Of a stretch of DNA of 23,972 nucleotides, positions 1 to 6,710 are shown piece after piece. The notes under the pieces are model-generated. The model worked only from the letters and a program-made list of their open reading frames with translations. It was not told the DNA's origin and did not search any database. The stretch comes from an archaeon. Lineage in GTDB: Archaea > Iainarchaeota > Iainarchaeia > Iainarchaeales > 1-14-0-10-31-34. The position numbers and the translations under genes were made by a program. The first letter of the stretch is position 1. Each line of letters opens with the position of its first letter. The DNA lies in the NCBI GenBank assembly GCA_024277355.1, contig JAJRVL010000008.1:1-23972 (forward strand), read 5' to 3'.

Positions 1-1344
1 TCCTTCCACACAAGAAGCAATTACAACAGGACAACCATCATCAGGAACATCAGTACAAGCACCCCAGACATTACCTGAACAAGTTTGAGTTCCACTACAA
101 GAATCAATTGTTGTACACGCTTGTGTTGTTCCATCAGTACAAGGAGTTGAAGTTAATGCAATTGATTCAAACATTACTACTCCTGAACTTCTATAGGGTC
201 CTTTACTCCAGATTATTGGCAAATAATCTGCATTAGGGTTTAATACTGCAGGACCATGAGGAAACCAGTTGTCTGTTCCATCAGTTGTAATTTGAGTTGC
301 TGTTTCCCAAGTGTGAGTTGAAGAATTAAATTTTCTGTAATAAATATTATTGTTTCCTTCATATCCTGGAGCTTCAGGTTTAGAGTAAACTAAATGCAAA
401 TCATTTCCATGACTTGAAAGAGAAGGAATCCAATAAAAATCTGGAGAAAAAGCAATTGAATCAATTGTATTATAATTCCAGTTTCCTGTTCCATTATTGT
501 ATGGTTTCCAGGCATGTCTTAATTCTTGGCCTTGACTCCAGACTAAATGAAGTTCATTGTTAACATAACTCATTACAAAAGATCTTTCATAACCTATATT
601 TTGTCCTGAAACAATATCTGAATCAGAGTTCATTACAAACTGGCTTCCATTCCAAACAAAATACCTATAATCAACTGTTTCTCCTGAAGGACCATTAATA
701 TACAAGACTATTACTGCAGGAGTATTTCCAATTAAAAAAGCTCCAAATCTTACTTCTGATGCGCTTGTTTGATACACCCATCCTTGTTCAGGAAAAGTTA
801 ATCCGCCGTCAGTTGAACGAAAATATCTTACATTGCCTTCTATTGATGACGAAGTTCTTACAAACACCCAGATATTACTTGAATTTTCAACTAAAATCAT
901 TGGCCTTGTATAAGTATTCATATAAGATGCAGTTAAAGTAATTGCTGGATTAAAATCTGAATCAGTTTCTCCAGGAGAATTAAGTTTTCTGAAAAAAACA
1001 TTTGAATTTCCAGTCGGACTGGTAATATACATATTATCTAAATTATCTCCATCAATTGAAGCATGAAAATCCAAATAAGGCGTTGAACTTAATGTATCAG
1101 GGTTAGTTGCAGTCCAAGTTTGTCCTGCATCATTACTTTTTCTTAAACCATCAGTTGTATAACCGCTGTAAATAAACCATAAATCATTTGGATTGTTTTG
1201 AGACATAAAAATTTTATATCTTGGAATTGTAAGAACACATTCCCAGTTACCGCAAGTTGAAATTTGGGTTGGAACAGCAGAAACTGAACTAAAAAAAATA
1301 ATTAAAATTAATGCAAGAAAAAACAAATTTTTCATAATAATCAT
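1..1344 (-). CDS. secreted BNR/Asp-box repeat (sialidase-like beta-propeller) protein with Cys-rich C-terminal region; C-terminus runs off the window
   Basis: The minus-strand frame is open from the ATG at 1344 (alternative in-frame ATG at 1335) to base 1, with no in-frame TTA/CTA/TCA on the plus strand. It is missing from the ORF track because no stop lies in the window. The N-terminus MIIMKNLFFLALILIIFFSSVSA looks like a signal peptide. Asp-box motifs are SNDAGQTW and STDGGLTF (SxDxGxTW/F), plus a weaker TTDGTDNW. The last ~47 aa in the window contain 7 Cys. Confidence 0.6.
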   Translation of the reverse strand, partial: MIIMKNLFFLALILIIFFSSVSAVPTQISTCGNWECVLTIPRYKIFMSQNNPNDLWFIYSGYTTDGLRKSNDAGQTWTATNPDTLSSTPYLDFHASIDGDNLDNMYITSPTGNSNVFFRKLNSPGETDSDFNPAITLTASYMNTYTRPMILVENSSNIWVFVRTSSSIEGNVRYFRSTDGGLTFPEQGWVYQTSASEVRFGAFLIGNTPAVIVLYINGPSGETVDYRYFVWNGSQFVMNSDSDIVSGQNIGYERSFVMSYVNNELHLVWSQGQELRHAWKPYNNGTGNWNYNTIDSIAFSPDFYWIPSLSSHGNDLHLVYSKPEAPGYEGNNNIYYRKFNSSTHTWETATQITTDGTDNWFPHGPAVLNPNADYLPIIWSKGPYRSSGVVMFESIALTSTPCTDGTTQACTTIDSCSGTQTCSGNVWGACTDVPDDGCPVVIASCVEG

Positions 1345-1455
1345 TTCCTCTAAGAAAATCAGTATAATTAAGGATTTAATTCTTTAAATTAGTTTCTAAA
1401 ATCACTTTATAAAAATAATTTTCAATAAATGATTTTTTTCTTAAACCAAAAATAA

Positions 1456-1462
1456 TTTAAAT
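1456..1462 (+). promoter_or_regulatory. candidate archaeal TATA box (TTTAAAT) for the lipoprotein gene
   Basis: TTTAAAT is centred ~26 nt upstream of the ATG at 1485. This fits a leaderless or short-leader archaeal transcript and supports 1485 over 1461 as the start. Confidence 0.3.
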
Positions 1463-1484
1463 GAAAATAGTATATTATTATTGC

Positions 1485-3101
1485 ATGAAAAAAATAATTT
1501 TATTTTTAATTGTATTAACAATTATTTTTTCCGGATGTCTTGATATTTTAGATCCTTCTGGAGACGGAGACGGAGGAAATGAAACTTCATTAAGTGCGCC
1601 TGTAAATTTAAAAGCCACTCCTAAAACTAATTCAATTGAATTAAACTGGGAGCCAATAAAAAATAAGTCATTAAAAGGATATAATATTTATAGAAGTTTA
1701 AATCAAGGAAAAGATTATGGAAAAATTAATTCTTATCCTATAACTGAAAGTACTTACAGAGATAATGATTTAACCGGCGGATTAACTTATTATTATGTGA
1801 TTACTGCAGTAAGTGTTTCAGATAAAGAAAGCAATTATTCAACTGAAGTAAATTCTATTCCAATAATAATTAATGATGGCCCAAAAAACAAGCCTTATAC
1901 TGAATTATGTGAAAAAGAATTAACTCAATTAAAAACAGATCAATGTTTGAATGATTATGCAATTCAATATAATGATATTTCTGCCTGCAGAGAAATACAA
2001 GAATTATCAATTGATAATTGTGTAAAAGAAATTGCAGTTAACTTAAAAAATTATGATTCATGCAAAGAAATAAAATTAAAAAATATTACTTTAAGAGATG
2101 ACTGCTTTTATGACATTGCAGTTTCATTAAAAGATTCAGGCGGATGCAGTCAAATAATTGATTCAACTAAATCAAATACTTGTAATGCAATTGTTGCGGC
2201 ATCAGAAAACAGTATTGAAGCATGCAGGAAAATTTCAGTTGTATCAGACAGAGATTTATGTTTTGAAGCAATTGGAGTAAGCACAAAAGATTTTGTTGTA
2301 TGCAGTTATATTTCAACTGCAAAAACAGGAACAGGATTTAAAAGAGATGCTTGTTTAGACACTGTTTTAACTGAAATAAAAGAAGAAACAATGTGCGGGT
2401 ATTATTTAGGAACAGACAGCAAAAATAATTGTTACAGCGAAGTTGGAAAAGACAAAAAAAATCCTTTAATCTGCAATAAATCAACAGACCAAAATATTTC
2501 AGATCACTGTATTAAATCAATTGCAGTGGAAGAACAGGATTCAGATTATTGTTTACAAATCATTCAAAGCGAAGTATTTCAGGAATGTGTAATTGAAGTA
2601 GGAGAAGCAAATCCAAACAAAGATGCATGCGAATTAATTGAAAATTTAGCAACAAAAGACAACTGTTTTTATAATACAGCTAAATCAACACAAAAAGACC
2701 TTTACTGCAGTTATGTTCTAGATAATGAAATAAGAGATACCTGTTATGACGAATTAGCAGTTGAATTAAATAATGAAGACTTATGTTCTAAAATAAGACT
2801 GCTTAACTCTAACCTGAAAAATCATTGTTATTCAAATATTGCAATTAATTCTTTGAATTCAAGTTTATGCGAAAACCTTACTGGAAGCACTCAATATATT
2901 GACTGTTATAATAATATTGCAGTATCATTAACTGATTACAGTTTATGTAATTCAGCAGACAAATATTTCCCTAAATTAATTTATGCAACAAGCGATTACT
3001 GCTTTTATGCTTATGCAGAAGACACTAACAATGCTAATGCCTGTGCAGAAATAAGAAATATTGGTTATAGAACAAACTGCGATACAAATGCTTTAGGTTG
3101 A
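1485..3101 (+). CDS. surface lipoprotein: lipobox signal peptide + fibronectin type III domain + 15 tandem 26-aa two-cysteine repeats
   Basis: This is ORF 1461..3101, with the start moved to the second ATG (1485). That start gives MKKIILFLIVLTIIFSGC, a classical n-region/h-region/lipobox-Cys signal. The FN3-like segment runs APVNLKATPKTNSIELNWEP...GYNIYRS...YYYVITAVSVSDKESNYS. A Cys-periodic region follows. The gene ends in TGA. Confidence 0.75.
   Translation: MKKIILFLIVLTIIFSGCLDILDPSGDGDGGNETSLSAPVNLKATPKTNSIELNWEPIKNKSLKGYNIYRSLNQGKDYGKINSYPITESTYRDNDLTGGLTYYYVITAVSVSDKESNYSTEVNSIPIIINDGPKNKPYTELCEKELTQLKTDQCLNDYAIQYNDISACREIQELSIDNCVKEIAVNLKNYDSCKEIKLKNITLRDDCFYDIAVSLKDSGGCSQIIDSTKSNTCNAIVAASENSIEACRKISVVSDRDLCFEAIGVSTKDFVVCSYISTAKTGTGFKRDACLDTVLTEIKEETMCGYYLGTDSKNNCYSEVGKDKKNPLICNKSTDQNISDHCIKSIAVEEQDSDYCLQIIQSEVFQECVIEVGEANPNKDACELIENLATKDNCFYNTAKSTQKDLYCSYVLDNEIRDTCYDELAVELNNEDLCSKIRLLNSNLKNHCYSNIAINSLNSSLCENLTGSTQYIDCYNNIAVSLTDYSLCNSADKYFPKLIYATSDYCFYAYAEDTNNANACAEIRNIGYRTNCDTNALG
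1908..3080 (+). repeat. protein-level tandem repeat: 30 Cys with alternating 14/12-residue spacing (about 15 units of ~26 aa, C-x13-C-x11)
   Basis: Cys positions in ORF numbering are 150, 162, 176, 187, 201, 215, 229, 241, 255, 267, 281, 298, 312, 324, 338, 350, 364, 376, 390, 402, 416, 428, 442, 456, 470, 482, 496, 514, 528 and 540. Successive spacings are almost all 14 or 12. The recurring core is C-[FYV]-x-[ED]-[IL]-A-V-x8-C. Confidence 0.85.
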
Positions 3102-3103
3102 AT

Positions 3104-3757
3104 TCAAATACTTTTTAATTCTTTTATTGTTTTACTGAATGAATCAGATTTAAATATAGTGCTTCCTGAAACAATAATATTTGTTCCTGCTGAAATTAAT
3201 TTTTTTGAGTTTTCTGTATTAACTCCTCCGTCAACTTCAATTTCAAAAAACAAATTTTTTTCTTTTCTTAATTTATCTAATTCTTTTATTTTATTTATAT
3301 TTTCTTCAATGAATTTTTGTCCGCCAAAACCTGCATTAACTGTCATAACTAAAACAAAATCTATTTCTTCAATAAAAGGAAGAATTGAATTAACTTCAAT
3401 TTTTGAGTTAACAGCTAAACCTGCCTTGCAGTTTTTTGACTTAATTTTTTGAATTAATTCTTTTGGATCAGAACAAGCTTCAACATGAAAACTTAAATAA
3501 ACAGGATTAAATTCTAAAAAACTTTCAATAACTTCTTCTGGTTTTTCTATCATTAAATGAATATCTAAAGGCTGAGAAATTTTTTTATAAAAAGAATTTA
3601 TTTTTTCAACTGGAAAAGACATATTTGGAACATATTTGTTGTCCATTACATCTAAATGAATTCCATCTGCTCCTGCTTCCTGAATTTTTTTTATTTCATT
3701 TTCTATATCAGAAAAATTTGCTGCAAGAAGAGAAGGAAAAACTTTAATTTTATTCAT
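3104..3757 (-). CDS. rpe: ribulose-phosphate 3-epimerase
   Basis: Motifs seen are FPSLLAANF, GADGIHLDVMDNKYVPNMSF, VMTVNAGFGGQKF and EVDGGVN. The likely start is the ATG at 3757 (MNKIKVFPS), not the TTG at 3775. The gene ends in TGA. Confidence 0.85.
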   Translation of the reverse strand: MNKIKVFPSLLAANFSDIENEIKKIQEAGADGIHLDVMDNKYVPNMSFPVEKINSFYKKISQPLDIHLMIEKPEEVIESFLEFNPVYLSFHVEACSDPKELIQKIKSKNCKAGLAVNSKIEVNSILPFIEEIDFVLVMTVNAGFGGQKFIEENINKIKELDKLRKEKNLFFEIEVDGGVNTENSKKLISAGTNIIVSGSTIFKSDSFSKTIKELKSI

Positions 3758-3794
3758 AAATAAAAAAAGAGACAAGAAGATTAAAAAGGTTTAT

Positions 3795-3887
3795 TGGACC
3801 GAGTGGGAATCGAACCCACAATCTTATCCTCTTCCGAGAAATATCAAAAAATGCGAAGGATATGTGTTACCATTACACTACCGGCCC
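3795..3887 (-). tRNA. tRNA-Ala (anticodon CGC) with a 21-nt intron after position 37
   Basis: Minus-strand cloverleaf: acceptor GGGCCGG/TCGGTCC including the G3:U70 Ala identity pair; D arm GTGT-AATGGTA-ACAC; anticodon stem TATCC/GGATA; loop TTCGCA+A; T arm GTGGG-TTCGATT-CCCAC; discriminator A; no encoded CCA. The length is 93 nt, made of a 72-nt mature body plus a 21-nt intron (TTTTTTGATATTTCTCGGAAG). Intron CGGA can pair with TTCG (32-35), leaving 3-nt bulges at both junctions, which is compatible with a bulge-helix-bulge motif. Confidence 0.8.
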
Positions 3888-3913
3888 ATACTAAATCTTA
3901 GGCACACAAAACA

Positions 3914-3921
3914 ATTTAAAT
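3914..3921 (-). promoter_or_regulatory. palindromic TATA box ATTTAAAT, candidate tRNA-Ala promoter
   Basis: ATTTAAAT reads identically on both strands. It lies 27-34 nt upstream of the tRNA 5' end (3887) on the minus strand, and also ~60 nt upstream of the aminopeptidase ATG on the plus strand. Confidence 0.35.
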
Positions 3922-3936
3922 TTTAACAGTCTATTA

Positions 3937-3964
3937 TTAATAGAGTTGAATTAATAGAATTGAA
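3937..3964. repeat. tandem 14-nt direct repeat (TTAATAGAGTTGAA / TTAATAGAATTGAA)
   Basis: Two adjacent 14-mers are identical at 13 of 14 positions. The repeat ends 15 nt before the aminopeptidase ATG at 3980. Confidence 0.6.
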
Positions 3965-3979
3965 TTTGGATGTGGTATA

Positions 3980-4246
3980 ATGAAATTTTTATTTGAATCA
4001 GATTTTAATAAAATTGATGTCGGAGTATTATTTATTGGATTAACTAAAGAACAATTAAAAAAAGAAAAAACAGGCAAACTAAAAGAAATTTTAAGCATAG
4101 CTGAAAAAATTGATTTTTTTAAAGGAGAAGAAGGACAAAGTTCATTGCTTTCTTTGCCTTTAGGATTTAAAGCAAAAAAAGTTTCTTTAATTGGTTTAGG
4201 AAAAGAAAAAGAATTAACTAAAGATAAAATAAGAAAATTAACTTGA
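3980..4246 (+). CDS. pepA: leucyl aminopeptidase (M17), N-terminal-domain fragment ending at an in-frame TGA
   Basis: MKFLFES...VSLIGLGKEKELTKDKIRKLT* resembles the PepA N-terminal domain (compare E. coli ...LIGCGKERELDERQYKQV...). It is in the same reading frame as 4436..5452 (offset 456 = 3x152). Confidence 0.6.
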   Translation: MKFLFESDFNKIDVGVLFIGLTKEQLKKEKTGKLKEILSIAEKIDFFKGEEGQSSLLSLPLGFKAKKVSLIGLGKEKELTKDKIRKLT

Positions 4247-4435
4247 AGTTTAATTAAAGCAGCAAAAGCAAAAAAATTAGATAATGCTGGGTTTGTTTTT
4301 AAATCAAAGTTAAAAGAAAAAGACTGGGTTGAAGTTGTATCAGAAATTTCTGGTTTAGCTGATTATTCTTTTTCAAAATATAAATCAAAACCAAAGAAAA
4401 AAGAAGAACAGGAAACAAAAATACAAAAAGTTTTT

Positions 4436-5452
4436 TTGGGAACAAAAAAAACAAGTGAATTAGAAAAATTAATTAAAGAAAAAACAATTATTTCAGAAAA
4501 CGTTAATTTAGTCAGAGATTTAGTTAATGAAAATGCAAAAGACAAAAATCCTTTATTGTTTGCAAAAAAAGCAAAAGAAATTTGTGTTAAAGCAAAAATT
4601 AAATTTAATGTAATTGATTCAAAGCAGTTAGAAAAAATGAATGCAGGATTAATTTTAGCTGTAGGAAGAGGCGCAGAAGAAAAACCAAGAATTGTTGTAA
4701 TGCAGTATAATGGAGGAAAAGGAAAACCAATTGTGTTGGCTGGAAAAGGAATAACTTTTGATTCAGGCGGATTAAATTTAAAGCCTACAGGCTATATTGA
4801 ATCAATGAAAGAAGATATGGCTGGAGCTGCAACTGTTTTAGGAATAATTAAAACAGCAAAAGAACTGAAATTAAAGCAGAATATTATTGCTGTAATGGCT
4901 TTAGCTGAAAATGCTGTTGGAAGCAAAGCATTTAAGCCTGGAGATATTTTTAAGGCATTTAATGGAAAAACTGTTCAGATTGGAAACACTGATGCTGAAG
5001 GAAGACTTGTTTTAGCAGATGCAATGGCTTATGCAGTAAAAAAATTTAAGCCAAAATTAATGATTGATTATGCAACTTTAACTGGATTGGCTTTGCATGT
5101 TACTGCAGGTTATGCTGCATGCTTTTTAACTAACAAAGATGAATTATACAAAAAAATGTTTGATTCAGGAAATGAAGTTTCAGAAAGAATCTGGCAACTG
5201 CCTTTGTATAAAGAATTTTCTGAGGATATGAAAGGAGATATTTCTGACTTAAAGAATACAAGCAGGAATAAATATGGAGGAACTAGTTCTGCTTCAGCTT
5301 TCTTAAAAGAATTTGTAGGAGAAACAGACTGGATTCATTTAGATATTGCTCCAGTAGCATTTAATGAAGATAAAGAAACCGAATACAGTCCTAAAGGCGG
5401 AACTGGTTTTGGAGTAAGATTAACAATAAATTACTTAAAGAAATTAAAGTAA
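4436..5452 (+). CDS. pepA: leucyl aminopeptidase (M17), catalytic-domain fragment (frame is open from 4247)
   Basis: M17 motifs are VLAGKGITFDSGGLNLKP and the family signature NTDAEGRLVLADA, plus DYATLTG. The frame is open and PepA-like upstream to 4247 (...LADYSFSKYKSKPKK...VNLVRDLVNENAKDKNP). The only candidate start after the TGA is the TTG at 4436. Confidence 0.8.
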   Translation: MGTKKTSELEKLIKEKTIISENVNLVRDLVNENAKDKNPLLFAKKAKEICVKAKIKFNVIDSKQLEKMNAGLILAVGRGAEEKPRIVVMQYNGGKGKPIVLAGKGITFDSGGLNLKPTGYIESMKEDMAGAATVLGIIKTAKELKLKQNIIAVMALAENAVGSKAFKPGDIFKAFNGKTVQIGNTDAEGRLVLADAMAYAVKKFKPKLMIDYATLTGLALHVTAGYAACFLTNKDELYKKMFDSGNEVSERIWQLPLYKEFSEDMKGDISDLKNTSRNKYGGTSSASAFLKEFVGETDWIHLDIAPVAFNEDKETEYSPKGGTGFGVRLTINYLKKLK

Positions 5453-5453
5453 A

Positions 5454-5984
5454 TTAATTCTTCTTTTTTTTCTTTTTTGGTTTGTTTAATTCTTCATGAA
5501 CGTCTTCAACTTTTTCTTTGATGTCTTCTGCTCTTTCTTTTATTTCCTCTGAATGAGAAAACACTTTAATTAATTTTGCTATGCCTGTAAAAATTGGTTT
5601 TAGAAGATAAAATACACCTAAAGATTTATGAAAAATCAAGTAAGGAATAAAAGATAAAATATAAATAAACTTATTTTTGATAAATCTTTCTTTTTGCGGT
5701 GCAACTAAATAATGATGAATTAAATCAATTGCTAAAATAGATACAGCTAAATAATCAATTGCTTCAAGTAATGAAAGGAATTCTTCAGAAAAAGGAACAT
5801 GAAAAATTAAATGAGCTATTTCAAATAAACCAACAATAATTATTACTGCTAAAGAACCTTCAGCAATTAACTTCCATTTAGGCATATGCCTTGAAGGAAT
5901 TAAACCTTTTAATTTTTCTTTTGCTTTTTTTTTGAATCTTCCAGCTTTATCTCTTAACTGGTTAGCTCTTTTGCTTAAACCCAT
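5454..5984 (-). CDS. small membrane protein (3-4 TM) with basic N-terminus and poly-Lys C-terminus; weak resemblance to the S1-S4 part of ion-transport proteins
   Basis: ATG at 5984. Hydrophobic segments are LAVIIIVGLFEIAHLIF, AIDYLAVSILAIDLIHHYL, FIYILSFIPYLIF and LGVFYLLKPIFTGIA. The C-terminal tail is charged and ends KPKKKKKKN. The family assignment is weak. Confidence 0.5.
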   Translation of the reverse strand: MGLSKRANQLRDKAGRFKKKAKEKLKGLIPSRHMPKWKLIAEGSLAVIIIVGLFEIAHLIFHVPFSEEFLSLLEAIDYLAVSILAIDLIHHYLVAPQKERFIKNKFIYILSFIPYLIFHKSLGVFYLLKPIFTGIAKLIKVFSHSEEIKERAEDIKEKVEDVHEELNKPKKKKKKN

Positions 5985-6023
5985 GCAAAATAAAAAGATT
6001 CAAAGATTTAAAAGATTAAGCTA

Positions 6024-6632
6024 TTATTTCCCTAAACGAGCTGGAATATCTTGTGATTTATTAGAATTCTTAAATTCTTTCATAAGTTTCTCGTATTCTG
6101 CTTTTCTTTTTACAGGATTCTTTATATTTGATAAAGAATTAAGCTTTGAAATTAGTTTTAATCCAGCTGAATATTCTTTATAAAATTTATTAGCTTGAAT
6201 TGAAAACTCTGTTAATCTTGCTTTTCTGATTTGCTGGTTTTTTATTTTGTCTATTCCCAAAAAACGAGACAAAAGTTTGATTTCTTCTTTTAAAGAAACT
6301 GCTAACGCCTTAAAAGCTCCTGCAAAACCATATGCAGTAATATTTTCTCTAAGCCTCATTTCTGAAACTTGTCTATTTAGAGTTCCTGTTTCCTCTAATA
6401 CTAATGTTTCCAAGTCCCTTATAAAATTCCTGTTTTCTTTCATCATTCCTAAAACAGTTTTTCTTTTAATCTTAAAAAAATTAGGAAACTTGGATTTTAT
6501 TTTTAATAAAGAATAAATTTTTGTTTTTAAAGTAAACTTAATAGATTTTGCTGAAACCCTCAGCAAAGCTTTTACAGGTTTGTGTTTTTTTCTTTTAACT
6601 ACAAGCTTTCTTTTTTTTGCAAATGAAGGCAT
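6024..6632 (-). CDS. hypothetical protein, polybasic N-terminus then predicted helical region
   Basis: ORF 6024..6848 trimmed to the internal ATG at 6632 (MPSFAKKRKLVVKRKKHKPVK...). The upstream 72 codons overlap the HerA-like gene on the opposite strand and encode F/C-rich nonsense. No recognisable family motif. Confidence 0.45.
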   Translation of the reverse strand: MPSFAKKRKLVVKRKKHKPVKALLRVSAKSIKFTLKTKIYSLLKIKSKFPNFFKIKRKTVLGMMKENRNFIRDLETLVLEETGTLNRQVSEMRLRENITAYGFAGAFKALAVSLKEEIKLLSRFLGIDKIKNQQIRKARLTEFSIQANKFYKEYSAGLKLISKLNSLSNIKNPVKRKAEYEKLMKEFKNSNKSQDIPARLGK

Positions 6633-6710
6633 ACTAAAAAAAACAACACCAAAAACGCTAAAAAGCGATATTTTAATATAACTTTGAACATATTTTTTTA
6701 GTGGATTAAA

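Noticed and set aside
759-941. Other short or antisense ORFs in the track: 759..941, 3159..3452, 4363..4545, 5932..6183, 6247..6516, 10614..10847, 13229..13438, 15212..15469, 16935..17129, 21248..21508, 21643..21879, 22616..22855 and 23066..23296.
   Set aside because: Each is fully or largely nested opposite, or out of frame with, a better-supported gene. Their sequences are compositionally biased and carry no motifs.
4244-4246. Selenocysteine insertion at the TGA.
   Set aside because: The site lies in the non-catalytic N-terminal domain at a poorly conserved position. The next gene begins 1 nt after the aminopeptidase stop, leaving no 3' UTR for an archaeal-type SECIS element.
3980-5452. 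Genome-wide TGA reassignment (code 4 or code 25-like) as the explanation for the in-frame TGA in the aminopeptidase.
   Set aside because: TGA ends three other genes at sensible positions: rpe at 3104-3106, the lipoprotein at 3099-3101 and DUF202 at 15666-15668. Reading through the lipoprotein TGA would extend it ~350 nt antisense into rpe. The intron-containing tRNA also argues against the bacterial lineages known to use those codes.
5454-6632. The two genes divergent from the HerA-like ATPase as a NurA nuclease partner.
   Set aside because: One is a 176-aa multi-TM protein and the other a 203-aa basic helical protein. Neither has the size or the acidic catalytic-residue pattern expected of the RNase H-like NurA fold.
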